Shown piece by piece: positions 1 through 12,539 of a DNA stretch of 60,035 bases (its first letter is position 1; every line of letters begins with the position of its first letter). The notes under the pieces were generated by a model. That model made no database searches. It was not told where the DNA came from and was given only the letters and a program-made list of their open reading frames with translations. The translations under genes and the position numbers were made by a program. The stretch comes from Nemertoderma westbladi. Its lineage: Eukaryota; Animalia; Xenacoelomorpha. The DNA is taken from assembly GCA_032718475.1 (NCBI GenBank), contig JAUCBJ010002294.1:1-60035 (forward strand), given 5' to 3'.

Positions 1-653
1 ATTGCATAATTATACAATAATTAGATGTGTTATTTATAATTATAGTAGGATACTGTATAAAAAATAATGTATTTGTATAAAACATAATATATATACGTAT
101 ATGTATGTATGTATTTTAATTATAATGGGATACTAACAGTATATAAAACATAATATGTGAATATTTAAATTACAATATGTGTTGTGTAACTGGTCACTGA
201 AATAATGTGACCACCCGTCCAGTGGCCATCTCCACATAGACACTACTTACATTTTGTTATAATTTGTGTAATTGTTCAATTTTGCTGTCTATGTGTGAGA
301 AATTGTCAATATATCTTATCTTATCTTATCTGTTGGAGACCCTCACCTCACCATCGTGTGGGTGCAGGTTATCTTCAAATTCCGCCACACAGACGCCACC
401 CACGCAATGTTTTGTTCGGCTATTACAACTAACCATCTCAGCCACTCCAGCTGGCCTTCTACCTCCAGAATGTATAATGATTTCCGCCTCTCAACTACAA
501 ATTATTATAACTTCGTTAATCTTTTCATATTAAATTTATCATTTTTTAAAAGTTTCACGTTTTAAACGTTTTTACAATACTGATCCGTTGGATAATAAAT
601 AGCTTTATATTATTCAATTAATTCAATTATATTATTCATATATATATATTATT

Positions 654-2345
654 CAATTCAATTAAACAAAGGCAATTCCGACACGAACAATTCCGACAAG
701 AACAATTCCGACAAGGACAATTAATTTCAACAAGGCAATTCCGACACGAACAATTCCGACACAAACAATTCCGACAAGGACAATTCCGACAAGAACAATT
801 CCGACAAGAACAATTCCGACAAGGACAATTAATTTCAACAAGGCAATTCCGACACGAACAATTCCGACAAGAACAATTCCGACAAGGACAATTAATTTCA
901 ACAAGGCAATTCCGACACGAACAATTCCGACACAAACAATTCCGACAAGGACAATTCCGACAAGAACAATTAATTTCAACAAGGCAATTCCGACACGAAC
1001 AATTCCGACAAGAACAATTCCGACAAGGACAATTAATTTCAACAAGGCAATTCCGACACGAACAATTCCGACACAAACAATTCCGACAAGGACAATTCCG
1101 ACAAGAACAATTCCGACAAGAACAATTCCGACAAGGACAATTAATTTCAACAAGGCAATTCCGACACGAACAATTCCGACAAGAACAATTCCGACAAGGA
1201 CAATTAATTTCAACAAGGCAATTCCGACACGAACAATTCCGACACATACAATTCCGACAAGGACAATTCCGACAAGAACAATTCCGACAAGAACAATTCC
1301 GACAAGGACAATTAATTTCAACAAGGCAATTCCGACACGAACAATTCCGACAAGAACAATTCCGACAAGGACAATTAATTTCAACAAGGCAATTCCGACA
1401 CGAACAATTCCGACACAAACAATTCCGACAAGGACAATTCCGACAAGAACAATTCCGACAAGAACAATTCCGACAAGGACAATTAATTTCAACAAGGCAA
1501 TTCCGACACGAACAATTCCGACAAGAACAATTCCGACAAGGACAATTAATTTCAACAAGGCAATTCCGACACGAACAATTCCGACACAAACAATTCCGAC
1601 AAGGACAATTCCGACAAGAACAATTCCGACAAGAACAATTCCGACACGAACAATTCCGACACGAACAATTCCGACACGAACAATTCCGACAAGGACAATT
1701 CCGAGGACGAACAATTCCGACAAGAACAATTCCGACACGAACAATTCCGACAAGGACAATTCCGACACGAACAATTCCGACAAGAACAATTCCGACAAGG
1801 ACAATTAATTTCAACAAGGCAATTCCGACACGAACAATTCCGACACAAACAATTCCGACAAGGACAATTCCGACAAGAACAATTCCGACAAGAACAATTC
1901 CGACACGAACAATTCCGACACGAACAATTCCGACAAGGACAATTCCGAGGACGAACAATTCCGACGAGAACAATTCCGACACGAACAATTCCGACAAGGA
2001 CAATTCCGACACGAACAATTCCGACAAGAACAATTCCGACAAGGACAATTAATTTCAACAAGGCAATTCCGACACGAACAATTCCGACAAGGACAATTCC
2101 GACACGAACAATTTCGACAAGAACAATTCCGACAAGAACAATTCCGACACGAACAATTCCGACACGAACAATTCCGACACGAACAATTCCGACAAGGACA
2201 ATTCCGAGGACGAACAATTCCGACAAGAACAATTCCGACACGAACAATTCCGACAAGGACAATTCCGACACGAACAATTCCGACAAGAACAATTCCGACA
2301 CGAACAATTCCGACAAGGACAATCCCGACACGAATAATTCTGACT
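654..2345. repeat. Minisatellite of 15-bp CAATTCCGACA(C/A)(G/A)(A/G)A units with interspersed 18-bp CAATTAATTTCAACAAGG units; 171-bp higher-order repeat in the left part
   Basis: Direct reading: 15-mers begin at 673; the 18-mer recurs at 718, 826, 889, 967, 1030, 1138, 1201, 1309, 1372, 1480 and 1543. Confidence 0.97.
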
Positions 2346-2599
2346 CATTATTCTACAGTGAGTCTAACCAAAAGATTAAACGAATGTAAATGTTACTGTT
2401 CTATTTTTCAGAGTAATTTTTTGTTATTTTCGTTGATTTTCCCCTGTAGAACCGAGGGAATGAGGGATTAATTAATTTTGATTGCGTCGAAAGCTCCATC
2501 TATCTGCAAATATCAGCTGATTAAGGCCAAATATGAAACTCATCGCTGATAGTGAGTTGCTCACTACAGTATAATAACCCTGGTTTATCCAAAGCTTTC

Positions 2600-2897
2600 A
2601 ATTATTGTAGTGGTGTGGCAGCGCCGCAATAACCATTGGATGGCTGAAACCTTTCAGTAATTATTCTGAACAACTTCCATGTGTACCGGTATACACGGAA
2701 TTCCCTTCACCTACGTGTTTAGCAGCAATCTCAACGCAATTTTAGGTGTAAACTTTTTCGATGTTGACGATCCATTAATTGGTAATTTTATTTTAAATTT
2801 GGTGAAATTACACAACGAAAATGTCATATACCGTTTTCCATCAGCTGTTATTTCCCAATATTACAATTTTTGGAATAAAATTGCAAACTTGGATTAG
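2600..2897 (+). mobile_element. Possible degenerate 3' end of an L1/Tx1-like non-LTR retrotransposon ORF2
   Basis: Translation NAILGVNFF...GNFILNLVKLH..IYR resembles the ILG...N.IIL..K..IY tail of L1/Tx1 ORF2; the upstream Cys-containing part is broken by stops. Confidence 0.3.
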
Positions 2898-3341
2898 CCC
2901 AGCACACTGTAAACTGTATACATTACGGATAGACTCTGTCACTCGGGATGTGTCAAATAACCCCTTATTGGAAATCGAAATCGCTTTAGGGTTAATCCTA
3001 TGATATGTGTAGCTGTAGGATGGAGCAAATATTAGTGATGGTAGAAATATTATATTGTTAAAAATATCATGTTTCCATCCTATAGTAAAAGCTCAAGTAG
3101 GCATAAAATACAATTGTTATCATACAACGATGGGAAGGATCTCAATTCCACTGTCGGAGCTCGCTTGGCCTATAGTAGTATTTGTACTTTTTACATTGTT
3201 TAACATTTTTTAACACAGCATAAAAGCTAAGATTTCAATTCAGACTGGTTTTAATCGCAACACCGATATAGGATGAGATGAGTTGAGTTTGACATATTGA
3301 CACTGAAGCAATAGTTAATACTGTTACGGCTCCACCTAAAA

Positions 3342-3531
3342 GGGTACACAGCAAACTTCGCCCGCGTCCAATCTTCGCCCGGGGCAATCTTCGCCCTCAA
3401 AATGCTTGTTAACAACATCGTTTATTGATTTGGTTAGAAAAAACCGACTCTGTAACCTGCCGTCTCTCTAACCTGCTCCTTTCCGTCAATCGGGAGAAGG
3501 TTGGACGCAGGCGAAGATTGCACCCAACCCC
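3342..3531. mobile_element. Small MITE-like element with imperfect terminal inverted repeats of about 40 bp
   Basis: Left GGGTACACAGCAAACTTCGCCCGCGTCCAATCTTCGCCC matches the reverse complement of the right end (GGGGTTGGGTGCAATCTTCGCCTGCGTCCAACCTTCTCCC); TAAAA lies on both flanks. Confidence 0.55.
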
Positions 3532-5127
3532 TAAAAGATAATTAAGCTGATCATCTGTATAAAATTTGTTTAGAATTTGCGAGAAGAATTGAAAAACGTC
3601 TGGTCCTCGAACAACTATTGAGACGGTGGGCGCCACAACTACAAATTAACCTTGTTCCTGGGGGCGCCTTCAACTGCCACCAATGGCGGTCTCCGTGATG
3701 GGACAACAATGGCCAGTCACACCGTCGCTCCTACAGGCCCGCTACCCCCTTCATCTAATAGCCAACCCGATAGAGACACTGCCAACCGCGCCTCGGGGCC
3801 CCAGTCTAATTAACTACCCCATTCATTATCCCCCCCATCAAAGGCCCTTGAGTTGATGGCCCTATCAATAGAACCCATTGCCCTCGAGAGGAATGGATAA
3901 ATTCCTTGTGCTGCACTCTATCCCCACTAATTACTCGCAACCATCTCCAATCCCCAACGACCGATAACCTATTCCACCGCGGCCTAACTAACTCCGCGCC
4001 GAGCAATCTTCCACTTTACATCAGGTCAAGTAAACCGCGTTTATAGCCTTCCTCGTAAAACGTTTAAAACTCCGTCCTTGAAGTGGCTTAATGTGTTCGT
4101 AACATTTCCACTGACACCTTTGACTGAGCAATGCATTAAGCACTTAGCGTGAATCTATGGAAATCGTTACATAATATGGCATGTGCGAATCCATATCATG
4201 TATTGGTTTTACGGTGACTTAATTACTGTCAGAGCGTTTGGGTTTGTGAATGGCAAATTTTCAGCAATGAAAATGTTATCTTTAAATCCTTATGTTACAG
4301 TACAATCAGATAGGGTGGGATTTGAAATCCCTAAATTATATTGACGCCTTGCGTTCATAATATAACGGTATGCGAACCGAAAAATCTTGACCATTCATTA
4401 ACGAAATGTGTAATTTGAAACTTCCATAGCAAATTACTTTTTGTTTGAAAGAAGATTACACAACCTACATAGGCCTACAGCACGGTGTGCATTTCAAGTT
4501 ACAGTACAATTTGAAGTCGGAGATTACTGTGTTGTTACATGAGAGTTAGTTAACCTGGAATTAACATGCTCTTGCAGATAATAGCTTATTTACGAGTGGG
4601 AGGGAACGGATCTCCAACTGATTTTATGGAGATTATTCATCCCGTGTCGGTTTTCCTTGTTGTTTCCCTTTGTTGATATGGTAATTTGTCGCTTCGCTTT
4701 GCATTTTGAGTTAATGAATCCGGAATTTTAAACATAATATCATCATAACATCAATTCTCTAGGGATACAAATTAAAACTTGAAAACTGTAAGAATTTTTC
4801 AATTGCTTAGCAATTGGGAATTTTGTAGGACTTTTTAAAAAAAAGGCCCCTGGACCATTTCATAAAGCAACAACTCCAGAAATAAAAAAATAAATAATTA
4901 AAATATTTGTCAACGTTGCGTTGAAAATTCGCTAACATTAGTGTGAATGCGATTAGAGACACAGATGTTCTAGACTGTAACTGTCGAACTTACCAAAGGA
5001 ACCAAACGAATGGATTTAGTTGTAAATATGAACGAATTAATTATTATGTCAATAGTTGTAATTAATAATTATTATATAATTTATGATTATTTTGTATTTA
5101 TATTAAATTTATTCGGATATCAAAAAG

Positions 5128-5345
5128 CAAACAGTCGGCCGAAGCCGGAGGCGACCCGAAGGCTCCTCTTTCGATAGCTGCTACCCGAAACCCGAGGGTA
5201 GGGGTGGTCGCTACTCCTATCCCAAGATTTGCTCCCAGTTATTTAACTGGTACTCATTTTATCGACCCCAGTGGATGAAAGGCTGAGTGGACCCTGGTGG
5301 GGCTGAGCTGAACCTACAACCAATAGATTGCAGGCCCGGCGCTCA
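5128..5345 (-). mobile_element. tRNA-derived SINE
   Basis: The minus strand has a B-box-like GGTTCAGCT followed by CACTCAGCCTTTCATCC...GGGGTCGATAAAATGAGTACCAG, a central block I recognise from widespread animal SINEs; it forms a GC-rich island in AT-rich DNA. Confidence 0.65.
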
Positions 5346-7999
5346 CAAGACAAATCGGCAAATCACAGACACTTTTCATGTGCTCCTTCAGTAATTTTTT
5401 TCTACAAATTAATATAAAAATTCTTACAAAATTAATTTAATTTAAGACATTAAGGGAAATGATCAGGTTAAAGTGGCGGTGTATTTAACCAAAACAATAA
5501 ACTGAACTTTTTCGCCTTCCCTTGAATTAAATTGTAGGAGCGCTAAAATTCACCAAGTTACCTTGGCAACAACATTATAAAAATAAAACAACACACTTTA
5601 TAATATATTTCTATGAATATTTAGCCATCATTTGCAACCAACCAAAATAGCATAAACAATAACAGTTATGACGATAATATTAATTAGATAATGTAATACT
5701 GTAAACAGCTCATAGCGGCACCTCCATTATCTATATCCTGTATTTATAGATTTAGGTATCTACTTGATTTGTGATTGAAAACTTGTTTTATTAATTGTGT
5801 AGTACAGGGTCTATTTACTTTATTGTTTTGGTTAGGATTAGTTAGTAATAATGGCCTTAACCCTATAGAAAACCTTGATGTAACTCTAACCCCAAGTCAA
5901 GTCATAATCTGAGAAATTTTGCGGAATTTCGGTCAAATATTGGAACAAAGTATTCAACTCTCCTTAAAAAGATACTTAACTTTATACACGGATTGTCGCA
6001 AAACTATATAATCCCATATGGCGCAAATTTACCATACATTTCCCACTCGGTTTGAAAACATATTAACATATTTTCTGACATATTTAGGTGATTTATACGG
6101 ATATAAAAAACAAATGCAGCATAAAAGGAGTCAGAAATCCTACCACCACCACCATAGTCTGCCGTACAAAATAATTCATGAAAAATACTTAAGAAAGGAT
6201 TAGATGTCCATTTTGTTTATTAGATTTGCTGCCATTCACGCCGAGACCTTCGGGTCTAGCGGACGGTGGTCGAGCCACAATGATGGCGCCAGCTGTGTGC
6301 TGGGTGGTAATTTAATAAACCCCTGGTCCGGGTCTCACTGGAGGTAACAGTATATCAATAAGTAACTGTTAATCTTTTTTCCAAACTCCATTATCCTATG
6401 TTTAACGGTCTGTCATTCTAGTTCTAAGGATTTTGTATGCGGAACGAGTGTTATAGGCTACTCAACTTAGCTATAGACGCATAGAGAGTATGTATATAAT
6501 ATATTATAACGGTTTTAGCAAGAACTACAACAATATAATTTATTGCTGTATTTTTATGATACACTTTGAGTTCCTGAGGTTTGTTTTCACACTTTGCCCC
6601 CAAATAATTTCTTGGCATAAGTTCACAGAATTCTATTGTTTAGTGTACAACAGGGTAATTACTAACTATTTCCGGTTTATTATTTCCTTATTTTGTGCCG
6701 TTTGTCAACTTGTATGACTGGCCAACATATTTCGTATTTTGTTTACTTATGTTTTTTAAATAAATATATTAATAATTTATTTATAATTTATAAACTAGAC
6801 AAACAGTCACACTGCAGCACAAAAAATCAATTATTGCACTACATGGCTCGCCCCATAACTTATTTAAGCGGGAATGCAATTAAGCAATCTATGCGAATGC
6901 AATTACCACGACTACAATACACTCAGCTGCGCACGACCAGTGGTTACTCACACTCAGAGCAGCAAAGGGTTCAAGAGAATTAAATAATTTCCATCGAAAA
7001 TTAGGCCCGACATCGTTACTCTTTAAAGCTTTAAATTCTTCATACAGGAATAGTCAGAAATTAAGGTAAGTAATAAAGCCCAGCCCATCCCATTGCAGCA
7101 TTGGGTTCGCTGAACCAACCAACTTAGAACAACGCGGACACAGATTAAATTCCCCAATTTCCCACAGTTGACTTCCCATGAAATTAGCATCCCGTCCGGT
7201 CCATTAGCAATAGGCTCATCACACGTTAACCCACATACCCACCCAGTTACATTACATATTATAATATAATAGCCTTAATTAAATCTTTTAATACAAAAAT
7301 CCTTGGCAGGAAATAGGTGTCAGAAAGACCATTAATTGCACTCCGCAATCTCTCTATCTCTCTCTTACTCTAACACAGAGTTCTCATGAATGGCACGCAT
7401 CGCCCTTTATCGTGCGTACAAACCGCAAGTGTAGCTATGGCAACCTCCTATTGCGATGCAAGATTGGAAATTAGGCAACGCGCAAGGGGGGAGGTATAAT
7501 AATATGCAAAGAACCTTTTCATCTAAACAGTTTGATGTTCCAATACCCGTTATAACGGAATGATATAATATTTCATTACAGTCACAAATTTATTTTGTTA
7601 TTTTTATTATTATTTAATTATTTATAATGTTATATTATTATTGATCATAACAAATATATATTTCTCAATAATTTACATTTTCAATTAATTTTAATACAAC
7701 TGAGATCATTAAACACAAAAAAGAATATTTTATGTGAATCGAATTCGAAGCTAAAAAATGCTGCGTGTATAAATTCAAAAACTGCAGAAAAAATTAAGTA
7801 CCGTATGGTTTAAACATAATATATATTTTTATGTTATTAATATAGTATTTTCTAAAAATCCAAAACTTTTTAATTCCTAAGTAGGCCCTGAAACAACTTA
7901 AAACATTTGATTTAAATAAGTATTTCTTTGGCTATTTGTTATTATTATTTTGAGGTAATATTTATATATCATAACATAAAACTACAAACTAACCGAATA

Positions 8000-10900
8000 A
8001 TGTATACGAAAGAAACTATGTTTACTGTTATTACCTTGGTTACATGCAGCCTTATTATTACTGCCACGGTGGCTGCTACGCAACCTGTGTTGGTCCCCTG
8101 CCCCATGGGCTGTCGGTGCGATTCCAGCACGCTGAAATGCTCAAAAGCGAAACTCCAAACGATCCCATCCAACATAGAACGCCATATACGCAAACTCGAC
8201 CTGCAAAGAAACAATATTACCAAATTAGAAGCGCACAATTTATCAGGGATGTCACGTTTAAAAATATTGCGCTTGCAGAAAAACAATCTGCGACTTATTG
8301 CGGCTGGGGCGTTCACCGATCTGATTAATCTGAGACGTTTACGTCTCAACCGCAACCAAATAAGCATCATTGCGGATGGTCTGCTCAACAACTTAGCAAA
8401 CCTCGAGCGCGTTGACATTAGTCACAACATGCTCACAGTTGTGGAGGTTCGAATGTTTCGCGGTCTATCACAACTCAAACATCTCATTCTGAGTCATAAC
8501 TATATCCGCTGCATTCAGACCGATTCGTTTCGCATGTTGAGGAATTTACAATCCTTAGATCTGAGTCATAATAATCTAATCTCTCTGGATCAATCCAATG
8601 TCCAGTCCCTAACACTGAAGTCGTTCGCCATCACGAATAACCAATTGGAATGCGATTGTCGGTTGGCTTGGATGGTTGATTGGTTGAAGGATCACCCGAC
8701 TCTGGGGCTGTACACCGAATGTGCTGGACCTCGGGAGCACAGAGGTAAGAAAGCTGTCGAGATGAGAGAAAGCGATTTCCTTTGTTCTTCATTTGGTCAC
8801 TTGGAAAACTACGGAACCTGTGAATGGCATGGAGATTGCCCAGAGACATGTCATTGCGAAGGAACAGATGTCTACTGCAACTCACGGGATCTGTCGCAGG
8901 TCCCCTACGTTTCAGCAGCTACTACGACGCTCACATTGGACAACAACATCATCGAAGAGATCCTTCCTTGGTCCTTTAAAAATCTTGTAAATCTGAAAAG
9001 TCTGTATCTAGGCAACAATCGAATACGGACTTTGCATGCAAACGCGTTTGCTGGCCTGGAGAACCTAATAACGTTAGTCTTGTACTCCAATGCTATAAAC
9101 GTTATACCAAAACAGGCGTTCCAGGGCCTCAATTCCTTACAGGTCCTTCTTCTCAATGCTAATGTTATCGAGTGTGTACAAGAAGATGCTTTCAGCTCGT
9201 TGAATAATTTACAACTTCTAACGCTTTACGATAACAAGCTTCGATCCATATCTAGAAAAACTTTCTCAACCATAGGTCTATCTCTGGAAATTGTACACTT
9301 GGATAAAAATCCCTTGATATGCGACTGTAATTTACGTTGGCTGAGCGAACAAGCTTACAATAACCGAAAGAAGTTCAGCGCCACCTGCTACTCGCCACCG
9401 CGAATGGAGAGCCGTTCCCTCCAGGAGACGAAACCAAAGAAATTCACTTGCCAGGATATGGAGGAATTCATAACAATCGATGCAGGCTTGTGTTTCATAG
9501 ACCAGGAATGTCCATCGCAGTGCCGCTGCAATGCGGCTTCCATTAATTGCACCAATCTGGTTGAACCATTCGATCCCAACACTATACCCAAATACACCAA
9601 ACAATTGCATGTTAGCCAGAATCACATACCTCATATGAGAGAAACATACTTTGATCTCCCTCAGGTAAAGACAATGTACTTTGGAAACAATGCCGTAGAA
9701 TATATTGAGGGCGGTGCTTTCAATTGCCCTGAATTGATAAATTTATCACTAGTTGATAACTTTTTGCAGGAAATAAATGAAGAAACATTCTCGGGTTTAC
9801 CTAATTTGAAAGAACTAAGTTTAAGAAACAATCGAATTACCTGCATTCATAACAACACCTTCAGTAACCTACCTGAATTGTATAAGCTGGATATATCCAA
9901 GAACCTCATAGGAACCATAGAACCTGGCGCATTCTATGGTCAAAATAAACTTGGTATTATTAACCTACAATTGAATCCGTTTATATGTAACTGTCACATG
10001 TTATGGTTGAAAGAATGGTTGGTATCTCGACAGCTGGATCCTATATCATTGCCAAAATGCGGTTCTTTCGATATTCTAGAATTAAATGGCACACAATTCA
10101 ACTGCGACAGAGATCAAAGGAACACTTGTTTCTTGGAGGTAGCGAATTGTCCCGATAATTGTATTTGTAAAGATGGAAAGGTTGGCTGCTCAGGGATGGG
10201 CTTAATGAAAATTCCGGATATCTCGACCCTAACCACAGAGTTGTATTTCGATAATAATATGATACAATCAGTGCCACAAGCTATAAATAACTTGAAACAG
10301 CTCAAAGTTATCGATTTAAGTCAAAATTATATTCAAGTGATTAAGGAAGGCGCAATATCGTACCTGCCGGAATTGACCACATTGATATTAACAGACAATC
10401 AGTTGCGTTGCATAGAACCTGGAGCGTTTGTTGAATTAAAATCTCTCAAGATTTTATCACTAAACGGGAATGATTTGTCAATGCTACCGTCGATAGTATT
10501 TCTGGGTCTGAGATCTTTAGCACACTTAAACTTGGATAGTAACCCGTTGCATTGTGACTGTGAAATTCAATGGCTCAATAGACTCATCACGAGAACGTAC
10601 ATCGACCAGGGAGCTGCAAAATGCCAGAGCCCAGCTTCAATGAAAGATAAATCCATATTTGGTTCCGATCCTGAAGAATTCATTTGCTCTGCAAATAAAT
10701 CTGACTCGGACAACATCGCAGCTTTATCCAAATGCAATCCTTGCTTGAGTTCACCTTGTCAGAATGATGCGGAGTGCACAAATGACGAATTCATTCATTT
10801 CTCTTGTAATTGCAGACCGGGATTCCGCGGCAGATATTGCGAACATCTCGTCAATCGATGCATTTTGCATCCCTGCAACAATGGAGCAACCTGCCACAGC

Positions 10901-12418
10901 ACAACAGAATATAGTTCAAATTCCCGGGCACTAGTTGCTGCACACGATGAATATGACTATTTCTGCGCATGCGCCCAAGGATTTGAAGGCACTCACTGCG
11001 AGATCAACATTGACGATTGTACAAATGAATCCTGTTTAAATAACGGTACATGCATTGATGAAATTAACGGAATTTCATGCTCTTGTGCTCCCGGATTTAA
11101 AGGTGAAACATGCGCAGATCCTGTGGATTTCTGCAGTTTCGAAAACAATAGATGCATGCATAATGCAAAATGCGTAGATCATATCAGTCATTATAAATGT
11201 ATTTGTGAGCCTGGATACACCGGTACTGACTGTGAATTCGACATCGATGATTGTCTGGAACATGATTGTGATAATGAAGCAATATGTATCGATGAAGTCA
11301 ACAATTACCACTGCGACTGTCCCGATGGGTTAAAGGGAAAATATTGCGAGATTGGACCAATGCAATACTCGGCAGTGAGCCCGTGTTTCTATCACAACTG
11401 TAAGAATGGTGGCCTCTGTTACCATAAAGACGAATCATACGCCTGTTTATGTCCAAGTGGATTCACTGGGACTCGGTGTGAATTCCAACAGAGCATTGGA
11501 TTCCTTAACCGCAACTCATACATACAGATGCCCGCGATCTCATTTCCGAACAACTTCCAACTCAAAATCCATCTCGAGACAATACAAAGCAATGGAATCA
11601 TTCTCTATTACGGATCTGGTTTAATTCCTGAACACCTTTCGATTGAGATGCACAATGGTCGTGTGCGAATCAGCTACGATATTGGTAACTACCCTGCAAA
11701 GAGGAATGAAACATCCACTGTAATCAACGATGGTAAATCACATGTTGTCGATGTAACTGTAAATGGGAAATTCGTCTTACTGGAAATCGACGGTGATGTA
11801 AGTGCATCCGTGATGGCCAACAGCGGACTAAAGAAGGAACTTGGTATTCACGCCCCATTATACTTTGGTGGGATAGACAGGGATATTTCCGAGACAGTAA
11901 CACGAAGATGGGACGTTTTAAACGAGACTTCATTGCTAGGATGTATAAGCAAAGCGTATCAGGGAACCCAGTTGATCGATTTTAGTAAGAATGTAGTTGA
12001 TATGGGGACTGAAGCCGGGTGCGGGAGCCGAGCCGACGAAGCCGCAAATTTGGACCCCTGCGACGTTCACTTGTGTGGCATTCACGGAAAGTGTATGCGC
12101 TTGACGGACGTCAATTACGAGTGTGAATGCGAGGAAGGATGGGGAGGCCCGATGTGCGACAATGAGGTAACGTGCGAACCTCAGGAGGTGAGAAAGTACA
12201 TCGAAATAGAGAACTGTTTGAGTCACAGGAGGATAACAATGTACCAATGCGATTATCGGTGCAATGACATGTGCTGCACAACGGTAAAAACTCGAGCGAG
12301 AGATGTTAGACTATACTGCGAGGATGGCACCAGTTATAAACACACGATAGACATTGTGAAAGAGTGTGTTTGCAAGCCATGCACCCCCGGTGAACATGAC
12401 CCACCGAACAAAGAATAG
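8000..12418 (+). CDS. slit: Slit axon-guidance ligand (Robo ligand), single coding exon, about 1472 aa
   Basis: Signal peptide after ATG 8000 (alternative ATG 8018; the ORF-track start 7928 is TTG), four Cys-capped LRR domains, six EGF repeats, a laminin-G domain, one further EGF and a C-terminal cystine knot. This is the 7-EGF invertebrate Slit layout. Confidence 0.97.
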   Translation: MYTKETMFTVITLVTCSLIITATVAATQPVLVPCPMGCRCDSSTLKCSKAKLQTIPSNIERHIRKLDLQRNNITKLEAHNLSGMSRLKILRLQKNNLRLIAAGAFTDLINLRRLRLNRNQISIIADGLLNNLANLERVDISHNMLTVVEVRMFRGLSQLKHLILSHNYIRCIQTDSFRMLRNLQSLDLSHNNLISLDQSNVQSLTLKSFAITNNQLECDCRLAWMVDWLKDHPTLGLYTECAGPREHRGKKAVEMRESDFLCSSFGHLENYGTCEWHGDCPETCHCEGTDVYCNSRDLSQVPYVSAATTTLTLDNNIIEEILPWSFKNLVNLKSLYLGNNRIRTLHANAFAGLENLITLVLYSNAINVIPKQAFQGLNSLQVLLLNANVIECVQEDAFSSLNNLQLLTLYDNKLRSISRKTFSTIGLSLEIVHLDKNPLICDCNLRWLSEQAYNNRKKFSATCYSPPRMESRSLQETKPKKFTCQDMEEFITIDAGLCFIDQECPSQCRCNAASINCTNLVEPFDPNTIPKYTKQLHVSQNHIPHMRETYFDLPQVKTMYFGNNAVEYIEGGAFNCPELINLSLVDNFLQEINEETFSGLPNLKELSLRNNRITCIHNNTFSNLPELYKLDISKNLIGTIEPGAFYGQNKLGIINLQLNPFICNCHMLWLKEWLVSRQLDPISLPKCGSFDILELNGTQFNCDRDQRNTCFLEVANCPDNCICKDGKVGCSGMGLMKIPDISTLTTELYFDNNMIQSVPQAINNLKQLKVIDLSQNYIQVIKEGAISYLPELTTLILTDNQLRCIEPGAFVELKSLKILSLNGNDLSMLPSIVFLGLRSLAHLNLDSNPLHCDCEIQWLNRLITRTYIDQGAAKCQSPASMKDKSIFGSDPEEFICSANKSDSDNIAALSKCNPCLSSPCQNDAECTNDEFIHFSCNCRPGFRGRYCEHLVNRCILHPCNNGATCHSTTEYSSNSRALVAAHDEYDYFCACAQGFEGTHCEINIDDCTNESCLNNGTCIDEINGISCSCAPGFKGETCADPVDFCSFENNRCMHNAKCVDHISHYKCICEPGYTGTDCEFDIDDCLEHDCDNEAICIDEVNNYHCDCPDGLKGKYCEIGPMQYSAVSPCFYHNCKNGGLCYHKDESYACLCPSGFTGTRCEFQQSIGFLNRNSYIQMPAISFPNNFQLKIHLETIQSNGIILYYGSGLIPEHLSIEMHNGRVRISYDIGNYPAKRNETSTVINDGKSHVVDVTVNGKFVLLEIDGDVSASVMANSGLKKELGIHAPLYFGGIDRDISETVTRRWDVLNETSLLGCISKAYQGTQLIDFSKNVVDMGTEAGCGSRADEAANLDPCDVHLCGIHGKCMRLTDVNYECECEEGWGGPMCDNEVTCEPQEVRKYIEIENCLSHRRITMYQCDYRCNDMCCTTVKTRARDVRLYCEDGTSYKHTIDIVKECVCKPCTPGEHDPPNKE

Positions 12419-12533
12419 ACCAGGTCTAGCTCGTAAAATAATACTATGGGCGATGGCAGGCCAAGAACGGTGCATCAATTATTATAAACAGTGTACATGT
12501 GTTTTAATATTATGTTTACTTAAATACTTAACT

Positions 12534-12539
12534 AATAAA
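12534..12539 (+). terminator. Candidate polyadenylation signal of slit
   Basis: AATAAA about 115 bp after the stop codon; the AT-rich context makes a chance match possible. Confidence 0.35.

Noticed and set aside
673-2345. CRISPR-like regular repeats
   Set aside because: There are no unique spacers, no cas genes, and the context is eukaryotic.
636-2348. Long ORFs encoding (RNCSC)n, (VGIVL)n and (SELF)n peptides that resemble metallothionein or membrane proteins
   Set aside because: They are stop-free readings of a 15-bp minisatellite in several frames, mostly with non-ATG starts, and frames switch at the 16-bp units.
7928-7999. ORF-track N-terminal extension of Slit
   Set aside because: It starts at TTG in AT-rich sequence; ATG 8000 or 8018 directly precedes the signal peptide.
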